Positions 22,401 to 36,400 of a stretch of DNA of 64,000 bases are shown piece after piece (the stretch's first letter is position 1; the number at the start of each line of letters is the position of its first letter). Source of the stretch: Anthoceros angustus (Eukaryota; Plantae; Anthocerotophyta); contig MU008222.1 in assembly GCA_010909165.1 (NCBI GenBank), forward strand, positions 105,965 through 169,964, in the 5' to 3' direction. A program made the translations under genes and the position numbers. The notes beneath the pieces are model-generated. The model was given only the letters and a program-made list of their open reading frames with translations. It was not told where the DNA came from and did not search any database.

Positions 22401-25400
22401 CAGCATCGCATTGACATTTGTGGATTCCTACTCAAACCATGCATTGTGGTGCACCTTGCACCTGTACAATCATGTCATATTCGGGCGGCCAATGCCCACG
22501 GTTCCGCTCAACTTCATGTTGGTCATGAGCCAATGAAGTGGTTGATGATCCGTCCTGGAAACGCCTTCCAAGCGGATAAATTAAATGCAACACGCCCACT
22601 GCTGAAGACACTCTCCTTCATATGAGGTAGTTTACCTCTGATTGTTGGATCGCTTGCATAAGCCACAACTCGCTCCATTCCTTGCGTCGATGCAGCGATC
22701 TTGCTCCTATATACTGCTCAATCCGTGCTCTGAGAACAAAGCGGCTTCTCAAAGTGGTCTAACGGCATGGGCTTCTCGACCAATTGATCCCTTAGATCTT
22801 GCCGGCTAGCTCTGTTCTTGATCCCATTTCCAAGTTACCTCCTTCTTGACGATCTCATAAGGGTTTGCATGTGGGCGGGGTCTTTCATAAACCTCGTAGT
22901 TCACCAACCCGAAACTCCTGCCACATCCTTGGGCATGCATCACGGCTGCACCTTAGCCAAGCTGACATGATTCCTCATGTCATGTCAAGATACTCAATCC
23001 GCTTGAATGCAAATTTGCACTTTTGGATGAGCTTTCAAGCTGATTTGGACAATCTTTGCGTAGAGTCTCGGATGATCCATATGTTCCTCGATGGTGTCAG
23101 AAAACTAGGATGTCGTCAATGTAACAACGCACAAGCGGCGGATCCACTCCAAGTCGCAATTCTGGAAATATATGGAAGCAGGGAAATAGTCTCCATTCCC
23201 AAAGCTGATCCTTTCCCCGCCGTTTTGCTCTTGTCTTGCTCCTCAATCACAATGTTGAAACACGGAAATCCAAAGTGGTAAAGTACTTTACCAATTGCAT
23301 CAAAAATCTCATCTGGAGTAGGCATGGGATCCACTCGTTGGTCGATAGTCCCACACATTCGCCTATCTTTTCGCCATTTTCGTCCTTCTTGGAGGGCGAT
23401 TGCGTGACATATCGAGCTTGATTTCGAATCAATCCACCTTCAAAGCTCGACAACGCTTGTCCACAATTTCCCACTTTCTGACTCAACCTATGCCTTCTTA
23501 GAAGATAGGCTCAGTGGTAACAATCTTGAACTTGATCTTTTCGTACCTTCCTAGCTCATTCTGAGCATAAAAAGCACCTTTGTTTTTCTCGAGCATGTCG
23601 ATGATCTTTTGTTTGTCCTCTGGTGACATCTTCATCAATCTTCCGCGTGAACCTCCTTGGTGACACTCTTGGTTACAAACTGTTTCCACAGACCATGCAA
23701 ACATGTCTTGGGTTCCTTCCCATCTCGCCCGGCTTTCCATCTTCACTAGGTGATGGTTCTCTTTCCTTCACCTCCGCCTTGCCATGATTCTCACTAACCA
23801 CCTTAATGTATAGATCGATGCTGTCCCGGCAACTTGTGTTTGGACGCCTCACTCACACCCATGGTGCTGCTTCTTGGCAAACCCATGGCTTGTTCGTTCC
23901 ATTGAGCTAGCTCTCTAGCTCCTCTCCCTTTGAGTCGGGATCATGCCATCTCCTCCTCGTGGGATTGTGGCGTGCTTACCAAAGTCGGCCACGCCCTCCT
24001 TCACCAACTCTTCCTTTGGATAAAGCGGAAGTTTGTCCATCTTCTTACTTTGCGGTACCTTTACGGTTCCATGATTTCACTATGGTCTTCCGTGATGGAA
24101 CCATGAGTGTTCTATGTTGCCTCGGTCTCAAGTCTCAAGTCCACGTTGGTCAATAAGCTGCGAATCACTGCGTAAGAGCCACCGCGACATCAATAACTCA
24201 TTCTTGCGAACCATGATCGGACCTCCTCATACATCGTTCGGACGGGCTTGTCCACACACGTTTTCCGGTATGTACCGGCATCGGGATTCACAAGTTGAAC
24301 CTCCACGACAACCCATGACCTTCGCCTCTTCCCTTTGAGAAGGTCTTACACTCCCATCTGCGATGATCATATCCTTTGGGCGGCGAGCTTGCGTTTTCCT
24401 TCAAGCGGATCTGGGCGGCTGCTCGACAACCTCTCTGCGTCTTCTCTTAGCGAGAGATGGAAATAATTTTACAACGAGAATTCGACTTCTGGCCACGACT
24501 CTAGCCTTCTCATCCTTTTCCACACAGGTGTAGCTGCAAACCTTGATACCACATTGAAGCACCGCCTCTCATTCTTGATTCACGAGCACAATTCCAACAG
24601 GTGAATTCCTTCAGAACTTGCTCTCCATCGCACTACCGAATCATTGATTCGCCTTCCCTCCATCTTGGCGGGCTTCATGTTTGATATGGATCTCTCTGGA
24701 CATGTGTCGTGAGATTCCACGATTCTCCTTTCGGTGATTTTCTCGAACCCTTGCCTCCTCAAGGTGCTCGGGAGCGCATCTTCACTCCCCTCTGCGGGTT
24801 TGGTGCTTCGAGAGGACAATTCCTCTGTCTCCTCCCACATCTCGTGCTCAATTTGAGCTTGGAAGCCATCCTGTCGACCATCTCGCCGTGGCCTGGCGTC
24901 CTTACTTCCGACCACACTTTTGCTCATGTTCAAGGAATAGTTGCAATTGAAATCCCTTGCTTCCAGTGATAGAAGGCTTCTTCATACGATGGATCAACTC
25001 CCATGGCGGGGCCATGTGTAGCATCCTCCTCCAACACATCGTGGGGCGTGGCACAGTCACCGACCTCCATTGTGGTCGCATCCTCTGCGGCTTCAACTCG
25101 ATCTTGATCGGTTTCGGTCATCCCATCACCATTTCCTTCGTTCCTGTAGTGATGCTTCGCTTGGTACCCGACTTGCTGCCATACTTGAGAGCGGCTGCAG
25201 AGCTCCCAACAATCTTGGATGCTGCTCCGGTGTCCACACATTGGCGGGTGCAAATCAAAGGTAATTTCCGGTTTACATTGTCAATCATGGCAACACCTCC
25301 TTTACCTCGACGTTCGGGCTTTAGATGGTCTCCTCGAGGCACATCAAGCTGTTGGACTTCTCGGTTCTATCTCTTTCTGATCCATTCCTCATGATCTTCT

Positions 25401-26812
25401 TGAAATGTGAACTCTTGAGTCAAGTTCCGACAAATTGACCACAGGAACCTCCATGGCCTTCTCCAGCTTCTACATCCACCTCGGGTTAGAAGCCCACTGC
25501 TGTAGTACCATCATCAACTTGCCTAAAACTTTCGGGCATTTTGCTTTGCTCTCGTTGACGTGTCCTTGGCGGTAACCCCTTCTCCAGGGTCAAGTGCGGT
25601 CTTCTTCTTCTTCTTTAATCGCCGCCATGCCATACACTTCTTCATCCGAGTCGGAGAAAGAATGCGTGACTCGACTGCTGGCCATGTTAGCCATCATGCA
25701 TCTCTTCAACTTGCGCAAGAAGAGCCTTGCGACTAGGGCCTTTGCCCTTCTCCTTTTCACGCCCATTACTTGGGCTTGAGCTGGATGAGCCTCCCAACAT
25801 GCGGCTTCTATGTGGCCCCATCGACCACAAGCCTTGCAAACCTCCTTGCCCTTGGGCCTCCAGTCTGAAGTCACATTCAAATGACTTGTGTGCACCACGG
25901 CACCTACCATTTGATGGCGACTGCGTTGTTATTTGGTCTCTCTCTCCGGTGGTTTGTTTGGGTGAGGCTCAATCATCTTGACCCTTATCTTTGGAATCTG
26001 GATCCTCCTTGTCGAGCCGTAGAAGTGCTGCCCGATCAAATTGTGATCCTCCGGTATGCTTGGTGACATCCCCTTTAGCACCTTCTCCGCAATCTTGTAG
26101 GCGTCGGTCAAACCATACTTTTCTCCATGAGCACCATGAAGAGCATCCATTACCTTCCTTGTTGTGGTGGCATCGCGCCATGAAAATTTCAGCAGCCTCC
26201 GCATGGTCTTCACATCCGTGTCCTCCACCAAGATCTTGATCGATGTATGGCGCCCTCGGCGTCTCATTGGACTTGAAGCTAAAACGAGTCGACTCAGATC
26301 TTCTCCAAGGACGATGTTGGAAACATGTCCTTCAATCTTTCAAACATGAGATCAACCAAATGCTCTAGCTCGTCTTCCTTGGAGCGGAGTGAGTGGCTTG
26401 GCGGCAACTCCTGCACGTTCTGCGTTCGTCTCCGCCGATGCCAAGATGTCCTTCTTCTCGCTCTCGTAGTACATCAACGCCTCACCGCGGATATTCGACA
26501 TCTTCATGAGTGCCATTCTCGGGTGGCCTTCCTTGTACTTCATCTTGTTTTACGCCATTCCCAGTGAACTTCTCCTCAAAATCCGCCCATGATACTCCCA
26601 TGTTTTCCGGTGAAAACATCATTCTTCTTCGTACTCTCCAGTTCCATTTGAATCGGCTCTTCGCTCCAGTCTCCAAACTGAGATCTCGTGATGGGCGTGT
26701 TGTCTCTGTCTTGGTCAGGCGTCCTTTTGAAAGGTGATCCGTGGATCTTTTGTCCCTTTCTAGGCGATGGCGGGCGGTGTCCCTCGTTACTCGGCGACCT
26801 CAAAAATACCAT
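19500..26812 (-). pseudogene. Frameshifted Gypsy gag-pol with C-terminal PHD finger, AT-hook and further extension
   Basis: Gag knuckle CKACGRWGHIEAACW ~25790-25840; protease CVDTGAAS ~25230; RT VRCYIDDILVF ~23101-23133; RH RVVAYAS ~22660; INT IEHFSKWVEVA ~21920 and EVLTDQGNEF ~21840; PHD 21060-21212; KRKRGRPRK ~20530-20555. Confidence 0.85.
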
Positions 26813-27059
26813 CGATCAATCCGCCTATGCTTGACAATCGAGGAATGTTGTCAAGCGGCAATCCTCGCCTAAGCGCCCAACTAGCTAAGAAAAGCAGTGT
26901 CTACGGTTTCTATCCGAGAGCTCCCACATGCGGGACTCTCGTGAGCCTAGCCAACTCGCAATGGTCGATTCGGACTACAACAGTGCGTGAAATCGATGGT
27001 AGAATTCCTATCCATCAAGTCATTCACTCTGGTGGAGCCTCCGTTCTTGGCGCTCCGCC

Positions 27060-27755
27060 ATGGTAGTCGCTCCGGCTGGAAGATGATCGATTTCCGCCTC
27101 CTCCGGTCTCAGTCGCACAATGTCCTCCAATGCGGGCCGTCTCGTTCTCCAAGCAACAGCAGAGGGATTGTAGATGTGGTGAGATCAAGTTGGTTGCTGA
27201 GGCTCCCACTTGATAGTGGTTCCCAAAAGTCACAAGAGAGAAATGAGACAAGTGAGGGACAGTATGCTCCATTCGACAAACATCTACAATCCAAGAATCC
27301 ATGGTGGGTGCCCACATATATAGGCAAAACCCCGGGAACTCGATGAAGTGCCTCCTCGCTCGATGGTAGGCACTTTAGGATATTATAATCCTACTTTCCT
27401 TGGCCTTGAATAAATAATAATGTTTATGAGTTCAACCATCTATTCGCCTTTTCCTTGATTTACGATTTTATGTATTTTCTAATATAGATCCATGCCTATA
27501 TATGCATCATGCCGTGCCTTACATACATAATCATGTACATAGATTACATGTCATGACACATCATCAACATGTCCACATACATCACATGTCATCCATCCGT
27601 CATGCATACATACCATGTGCATGCCATCCATGGCAATGCACATGCCACATCTCATGCACATCGCATCCAAATCAAGTGGCTTGTGCCAAGTGGGATGTGA
27701 TCACCAATGTCAATGTCTCATCCGAGTCCTAAGTTTATCCGGTCAGCATAACATT
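27060..27755 (-). repeat. 5' LTR of the PHD-Gypsy element (CATG/TGCA-rich)
   Basis: Repeated at 18747-19310 and partly at 29159-29465. The left boundary is uncertain. Confidence 0.6.
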
Positions 27756-29728
27756 GCTATGCCCCTTTTATATGACCAACTAGCTTACGATCCACGATTT
27801 TATATATGTCGGCGGAGGCTTACGCTGGCCCCAAGCCTCCTGTCGGGATATAAAGCGTCATGGAGTTCACTGGCCGTTAATGAACCAACATGTCTTAAGC
27901 GGTGGGCTTTTATCTCAACACTCCTCTAAAGCACCTACTAGGTTAATACATAAGCGTGGTTCACACCGAACTCCGCTAATGCCCCATTTCGGCAGGAGGC
28001 CGCGTAAGAGACTACAAAAAACACAACGATGGAAGCCTTCTCATTACGCTCCTACTGCTAAATCCACCGCCATGCCATCTCCTTCTTCTTGTGCACCTCA
28101 GCTTCTTGATTACTCTTGCGGTGATGAAGACGCCGGGGCACGACCTCTGAGCTAGAGGTGCTGCACGAGGAAGAAGAGAGAAAGAGACATGGTCACGAGC
28201 CGCGCAAGAAAGAAGTCATGGAAGTCATGGGGTCCGCCTACCGTTGCGAGAACTAGTGAGCAGGGTGAATGCCTCCCATGCACGACACCACCGAGCGGCA
28301 AAGGCTCGGCTGAGCCCGGAGGAAAGGCTCGAGCACAGTGCGCTGAGTATCGCTACTCGTAGCTCGCGCGCCCATCCTTGCCGCTAGGGGTGAGGCGACT
28401 ATGGCGGGATAGCAGAGCGAGACCCTACTCATCGCTAGGAGAGTGCCATTACCGGCCGTGAGAGGAGGATACAAACCGAACTGTGAGCAGGCGGTACAAG
28501 ACAGTTCTTGGTGAGCTTCATCCAACATTGTCCCTATGTGTTCTTACTCGGCTGACTCCCTCGACGGTGGTGCGTGTGTAGTCCTAAGTGCAAACCCGGT
28601 GACGGCGTGGCCACAACACTACAACAGGAACCGGGTTCCCACCCCCACCTTCAGATAAGTACTCAACTCGTGTCATGAAAGTAGGCGAGTAATTCCGAGC
28701 CCTAGGCCTGCTAGATGTTTATAGTGCTTATACTTGGCGGGCCTTTGGTGAGGATATCACCACATTCTCGCTGCTAGTATAGTCAACTTTACAACCCCTC
28801 TTTCCACTACATCTCTCATAGTGATGTTGGATTTCTATATTGCTTTGTTCGCATGGAACCTAGGGTTAGCCACCAGTGCTAGCAGAGCATGTTGTCCGCG
28901 TCAAGTGTAGGCAACCGCTCTTGGTCGAGGTCTTTGAGAAAACCGCGTTCCCATTCCTTAGAGGCATCCGTGAGTGACTTATACTCAGCCTCCGTAGAAG
29001 ATAAGCGATGGACGGTTGTTTCTTACATGACGATTCACCACCGCGGCGCCATGAACAAGAGGTGGAGGCTTTTCGAATCGAATATGATCGGCATCTGCCC
29101 CTCCAAGGTTAACTTACCTTTGCCACGAACTTTTGTAGAATAAACTTTGTTCGTGTGCTCAACCATCTATTCGCCCTTTTCCTTGATTTCTGATTTTATG
29201 TATTTTCTAATATAGATCCATGCCTATATGCATCATGCACGTGCCATACATAACCATGTATAGATTACATGTCATGACACATCATCGTCATGTCCACATA
29301 CATCACATGTCATCCATTCGTCATACATACCATGTGCATGCCATCCATGGCCATGCATGCCACATCCATGCACGCGCATCCAAATCAAGTGGCTTATGCC
29401 AAGTGGGATGCCAATCGGTGTGTCAATGTCTCATCGGTCTAGTTTGTCCAGGTCCACAGCGGCGCGCATGCCTTTATACTTGACCAACTAACCACGATCA
29501 CGATTTTATATCGGCGGGAGGCTTCGCTGGGCCTCACATCAGGATATAAAGCGTTAGCGGAGTTCTGGCCGTGTGAACCGCTTATGTCTTAACCAGTCGG
29601 CTTTTATCTCAACACTCCTCTAAAGCCTACTAGGTTAAGACATAAGCGTGGTTCACACGCGCCAGAACCCCGCCGCCCCATATCCCGATGTGAGGCCCTA
29701 GCGTGAAGGGAGAAATAAAAACACAACG

Positions 29729-30227
29729 ATGGAAGCCTTCTTCATTACGCTCCTACTCGTCACAGCCGCCACCGCCAATCTCCTTCTTGTGCACCCGTCT
29801 GAGCTTCTTGATTCGCTACCGCCGCACGATGATGAAGACACGCGGGGGCACGGCCTACGAGCTAGAGGTGCAGCACGAGAGGAAGAAGAGAGAAAGGAGA
29901 CATGGTCAGCAGCCAGGCACGCAAGAGAAGAAGGTTGCACGGTCATGGGAGTCCTGCGCCTCGTTGCAGGAACTAGTGAACAGGGTGAATAGCCTCCCTG
30001 TGCACACGAAATCACACCCTTGCACGGCAAAGGCTCCGGCTGAGCAGAGCGGACAAGGCTCTGGAGCACAGGCGCTTGAGTATCGCTACTCAGAGCTCGC
30101 TGCGCCCATCCTTGCCGCTAGGCTGAGGGCAGCCATGGGCAGGATAGCAGAGCTGGAGATCCTACTCACTGCTAGGAGAGTGCCATTACCAGCAAGAGAG
30201 GAGCAGGATACAAAGCCCGAGCTGTGA
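29729..30227 (+). CDS. Extra ORF antisense to Copia pol, between the RNase H stop and the PPT; unknown function
   Basis: MMKTRGGTAYELEVQHE..LAARLRAAMGRIAELEILL lies in the ~870-bp 3' internal region. A degenerate duplicate is at ~28030-28485. Confidence 0.45.
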
Positions 30228-30491
30228 GTACGGAGCAGTACAAGACGATTAGTTCTTCAGGTGAGCTTCATCCGAACCTTGGACTGTCCCTATATGTGTT
30301 TACCGCCTCGGGTCAGACTCCTCACGGCGGTGGTGAGGCTGTGTGTAGTCCTAAGTGCAAGCCGGTTGAGGGACGTCGGCCTACACAAACACTACAACAC
30401 GGAACCGGGTTCCCACCCCTCCCCACCTTCCAGATAAGTACTCAACTCGTGTCATGGAAGTAGGCAGAGTAATTCCCGAGCCCTAGGCCTG

Positions 30492-33400
30492 CTAGATGTT
30501 TATAGTGCTTATACTTAGGCAGGCCTTTGGAGGGATATCAGCCACATTCTCGTCTGTGCTGGTATAATCAACTTTTACAACCCCTCTTTCCACTACATCT
30601 CTCACATAGTGATGCTGGATTTCTATGTGCTTTGTTCGTGCATGGAACCTAGGGTTAGCCACCAGTGCTAACGCCGACATGTTGTCACAGTGCAGAAGTG
30701 TAGGCAACTTCTGCTCTTGGTCGAGGTCTTTGAGAAATCTGCGTTCCCATTCAGCTTCCTTAGAGGCATCCGTGAGTGACTTATACTCACCTCCGTGAAG
30801 ATAAGCGATGGACGCGTTTACATGACCAGTTCACCACTCTAAGACGATGAAAGGGTGGAGAGGCTTTTCACGAATCGATGCCCAATCGGCATCATGTACC
30901 CTCAAGGTTAACTTACCTTGCCCCGAACTTTGTAGAATAAACTGTTGTGCCCTTAAGGTACCGAAAATCCTCTTAACCGCCACCCTGGGCTTTGCGGTCG
31001 TTCAAGGCGTGAAGCGATTACTTACATCTTGGATGTATGGTCTCGTCCGATTGGCAAAATAAGACTTCTCTGACATGCGTAAGGGATGTCCTTCATTTCC
31101 ATCATATACCGGTTGTGGGCACTGTTCACTGGTAAGCTTATCACCTGTAGCGAAGGGTGTTGTTGCTGGCCTAGCTTGATCCATCTTGAACTTACGGAGG
31201 ATATCTCCTATGTTTTTGTGTTGGTGTATGATTAGCAGCCCTTCTTGCCTAACCCTCAAGATCTGTATTCTCAAACAGAACCTGAGTTCGCCGATGTCCT
31301 TTATATCAAATCGTGTGCTAAGCATAGTCTTGACCTCGGCTAATAACGGTTGGCTGTTGGTTGCGAGGATCACATCATCCACATACAAGGCCAGCACAAC
31401 GAAATCTGTTCCTCGACTAAGGCGATAAACGTTGGAGTCTGCTACACTCTGTGTGAAGTTGATACTAAGGAGGTACAAATGCATTGTTATGTACGGACTC
31501 TTCCACTTTGTTTGAGCCCATAGATACACTTGAGGAGCTTTAGAACTTTCCTTGGATGACGCTTGTCTTCGTATCCTTGAGTTGCATCATGTAAAGTTCC
31601 TCATCTAGGGCACCATCTAAAAGTCACACACATCCATTTCTGCGGATCCAGGTCAAGTTGCCGGTGCTAGCGATCCTAATGGAGTCTTGTGGACGGACGG
31701 TGAGAAGGTCTCCTGATAGTCTAAGCCCTCCACCTGTGTGAAGCCCTTGCCACGAGCCTTGCCTTGTAGCGGGCAATCTCACCTTTCGCATTGAGCTTCA
31801 GTTTAAAAACCCACTTACAGGATATGGGTTTCCTCCCCTGTGGCAGGTCAGTAAGCACCCAAGTCTTATTCTTGATAAGAGACTGGTACTCGTCCTCAAC
31901 AGCGAGCTTTCCATTGAGCCCTATCGGACCCTGCTATGGCCTCCTTGTAAGGCTCATGATGGGTAGAATATCGGCTGGCTCAAGGGATCGCCAGTCGATG
32001 GACTCATATCGTGGTTCCCGCCACTGGTCAGGTGGTGGACGATGCCTTGTGGTCGGAGCTCAGGTTCGGGTTCTGGTTCCGCAAGCACTCCTGCCTGTCC
32101 CTGTTCCTCATATCCGCAGGTTATCATCGTTCTATACAATGACATGCTGATGATTGAGTTCATTATCTTGATCAATTTCCCTCTCTGGTGCGAGGCCCGC
32201 TTGGCCAGGTTCAACTGGCGCACCCTGGGGAACTACGGCGACAGGGGCGACAGGGGGTATAACGGGGGCCACCAGGGGCTCAGCATCATCTTGAGGATAA
32301 TGGACAGCATCAGCATCGTCGTCGGGAGGGATGACAGCTCCCTCTGAAGAGGGCGTGACGGCAGTAACGGGCTGGGATGGCTCCAGAAAAGTGACGCTGC
32401 GTGCAAGGGTGACAGCTCGTGTGTGAGGGTCGAAAAGCTTATAAGCTTTGGCTCGGTCACTATAGCCGACAACAAGCAGTTGGCGGTTGTCACCCATTCT
32501 CTGCTAGTATAGTCAACTTTACAACCCCTCTTTCCACTACATCTCTCACATAGTGATGTTGGATTTCTATGTGCTTTGTCGTGCATGGAACCTAGGGTTA
32601 GCCACCTGCTAACGCCCGACATGTTGTCACAGGCGTATGTAGGCACCGCTCTTGGTCGAGGTCTTTGAGAAAACTGCTCCCATCTTCCTTAGAGGCATCC
32701 GTGAGTGACTTATACTCATCAGAAGATAAAGCGATGGACTAATCGCTTTACATGACCAGTTCACCACTGGAAGACAAAGATGAAACAAGAGGTGGAGAGG
32801 CTTTTCCGAATCATGCCCAATCGGCATCATGTACCCTCCAAGGTTAACTTACCTTGCCCGAACTTTGTAGAATAAACTTGTTCGTGCCCTTAAGGTACCG
32901 AAAATCCTCTTAATCGCCACCTGGGCTTTGCCAGTCGTTCAAGGAATCGTGAAAAGGCTTACATAATCGGATGTATGGTCTCGCCCGCTTGGCGAAAATA
33001 AGACTTCCTACAAGATGCTCTGTAAGGATGTCCTTCATTTCCATCATGTCTCGCGACTGGGCATTGTTCACTGTAAGCTTATCACCGTAGCGAAGGGTGT
33101 TGTTGCCGTCTAGCTTGATCCATCTTGAACTTACGGAGGATATCTCCTATGTACTTGTGTTGGTGTATGATTAGCATTCTTCTTGCCTAACCTCGGATCT
33201 CAGATTCCCAAATGTAACTCGAGTTCACCGATGTCCTTCATATCAAATCGTGTGCTAAGCATAGTCTTGACCTCGGCTAATAACGGTTGTTGGTTGCAGG
33301 ATTACATCATCCACATACAAGGCCAGACAACAAACTGCTCCTCGACTAAGGCGATAAACGTTGGAGTCTGCTACACTCTGTGTGAAGTTGATACTAAGGA

Positions 33401-36400
33401 GGTACAAATGCATTGTTATGTACCAGACTCTTCCACTTTGTTTGAGCCCATAGATACACTTGAGAAGCTTTAGAACTTTCATTGGATGACGCTTGTCTTC
33501 GTATCCTTCAGTTGCATCATGTAAAGTTCCTCATCTAGGGCACCATACGTAAAAGTCAGACACACATCCATTTGCGAGATCCGTCAAGTTCGCAGCCTGC
33601 TAGGATCCTAATGGATCGTGCGGACGATGTGAGAAGGTCTCGATAGTCTAAGCCCTCCACATGTGAAGCCCTTGCCACGAGCCTTGCCTTGTAGCGGCAA
33701 TCTCACCTTCGCATTGAGCTTCAGCTTTAAAAACCCACTTACAGGATATGGGTTTCTCCCCTGCAAGGTGTCAAGAAGCACCCAAGTCTTATTCTAAGAG
33801 ATCGTACTTCCTCAACAGCTTTCCATTGAGCCCTATGACCGCTATGGCCTCCTTGTATGAGGCGTGCTCAGGGTAGAATATCCAGTGGCTCCAAGGATCG
33901 CCAACCGATGGACTCATATCGTGGTTCCCGCCAATCGTCGTGGTGGACGGCGCTGTGGAGCGCCGAGCTCGTGTTCGGGTTCGCCCAAGCACTCCGCTCC
34001 CTGCTCCTCATCCGCCAGTTATCTCGTTATCAATGACATGTGATGATTGAGTTCATTATCTTGATCAATTTCCTCTCGTGCGACCCGCTTGGCGGTTCAA
34101 CTGGTGCACTGGGAACTACGTGGGGGGGTATAACGGGGCCACCGGGCTCAAGATCATCTTGAGGATAATGGATGACATCGCTCGAGGGATGACAGCTCCC
34201 TTTGAAGAGGGCGTGACGGCAGTAACGGGCTGGGATGGCTCCAGAAAAGTGACGCTGCGAGCAAGGGTGACAGATCTTGTGTTAGGGTCGAAAAGCTTAT
34301 AAGCTTTGGCTACTATAGCCGAAAACAAGCAGGAGGCGCTACGGTTGTCAAGCTTCTGCGCTTCTGCAGGAATGTAAGCATAGGCCTGGACCCAAAAACA
34401 CGAAGGTGAAGGATGCTTACGCCAAAAGACTTCAAGGGGTTTGGCCAGCATGAGCTTGTAAGCACTCTGTTCAAGATGTATGTGGCTGCCACAACCGCCT
34501 CAACCCAAAATTCTTGTGGTAAGCCAGCCCACAAAAGCATACTTCGTGTCATAGAAAGTAGGGTCTGATTTTTACGCTCAGCAACCCCATTCTGTTGCTG
34601 GGTGTAGGGGACGATCAGCTGGCGCTGAATACCATGCTCCTGGAGAAAGACATCAAAGGCATGGTTGACAAACTCCGTCTCGTTGTCTGTGCGAAGCATC
34701 TTGAGGAGGCAGCTAGACTGCCTCTGCACCACAGGTAACCATTCCCGGAAGAAATCAAGGGTATCACTCTTAAGATGCATCGGATAGGTCCAGGAGTATC
34801 TGCTGAAGTCATTTGTGATAGTTAAATAATATTGAGCACCCCCCAGAGAGGGCTCATTAATTTTTCCAGAGATGCCAGCATGGACTAACTCCAGCAAGCA
34901 GTTTGCTCTATGGGCGTGCTTTGGAAATGGGAGCTCCCTCTGCTTAGCTAGGATGCAAGACTCGCAGACAGGGTAGATCCTTAAAGCAAGGTGGGAGTGG
35001 CTCCCTATGGCAGGACTGTTTGGACATATCTATTAGCTTATGCCTGTTGGCATGGCCTAAACATGCATGCCACAAGGATGCTAGCTGCTTGGACTAGGGA
35101 AACGCGATGGAATAGGCAGCGGTGGCGAACACACTGACGTCGGCTGTCAGATCGTGTTCCCACCTGGAATGAGCACTCCGAAGGATGGTCTGTCTTGTAG
35201 AAGCAGCAGCTCTCACTATCGACTCGCATCCCATAAACACGAGTTTGCATCAGCTTGCTCAACGAGAGGAGGTTCTTGGCCATATCCAGTACAAGAGGAC
35301 ATCATGCACAGAGAAGGTCAACCCATCGTTGAGTAGGAAGGTACAGATTCCAGAACCCTCAACTCGTAGGCTTGTGTCACTCCGTTCATCTCCTAACAAA
35401 ACCTTGTCTTTCATATGACATAGGTTCAAGTTAGAAAACAGGCTTGTATCATTGCAGATGTGAGTTGTAGCCCCTGAATCAAGGTACCAGTAACCAGCAT
35501 CGTGCAACGAGCTTGTGAGACAAACGGTGAGGATCTTCACAGTCCCTTTCGAGCTTTCTCCCTTTTCCTTAACAACACGTGATTGCTTGTGTGTGACTAG
35601 ACCTTGGCTCACCGGCCTTCTTTTCGGCAATCACGAGCCCGGTGTCGGCAAGCTCCACACCAATTCTGCATGATTCTTGGGGTGCTTGGGTATGGCGGAA
35701 GAACCGAGTTGGGTCTGACCTCCGGTGCTCTTCCTAACCCAAGTGTGCAGATCAAGACTCATAACCTTATCCCCTTTGACACTGTGTCCCCCGAGGAATT
35801 TGAGACGCCCTTGTTCTTCTTGAGCATGACATCCTCTCGTGCCAGATTCGCGGGGGAGGAGCGGCACCAGTGACTTGGGGTTGGCGTATAGGACCATTGA
35901 AGGCACTAATGAAGGTCCCGAGAAAAGGCGGATGATGATGTATAGTAGTTGATTTCGCTGCCTCAACTATCCATCTTGGAACAAGGATTAAGCTGGAAGC
36001 TCGCGATTAGCGAAACCTAAATAACGTGAGGCGACTACTGTCCCCTCTACGTGGCGAAAGGCTGTAAAACTCATGCGTATTGCACACAAGGTGTACATAT
36101 TACTATCGCCAACCTGAGGTTCAGCAGTGGCTGATCCAGTTGATCGAGATACCCTTCGGTGGTATGGTACTCCACATCAGTGCGACTGGGAACCTCATCT
36201 AAACCCCCAGTTAGTAAAATAAAGCGCAACCAGCAATTCAAGCAGTCATTTTCTATTTACATGGTGACCGGAGGTTTGGATTGGCCGATCGGATGAAAAC
36301 CCGAGGGTCCATCTACCTTCACACCCCTACGGCACGAGGTTGATTTCCATCACGGACCTTTAGCGGGGTATTTGGTCCCATTGAATCGGTCCTTCTCCTT

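Larger units (their letters stand above)
18565..27755 (-). mobile_element. Ty3/Gypsy LTR retrotransposon with PHD finger, inserted in the Copia 3' LTR
   Basis: LTR-like sequence is shared by 18747-19310 and 27180-27750, with an internal gag-pol on the minus strand. Confidence 0.85.

Noticed and set aside
29729-29992. Captured host secreted peptide gene
   Set aside because: The hydrophobic N-terminus is not preserved in the duplicate at ~28030 and no family is recognisable. Kept only as part of the antisense-ORF finding.
30492-34330. Copia element with two genuine RT-RNase H modules
   Set aside because: The second module is an indel-ridden adjacent near-copy, like the other stutter duplications.
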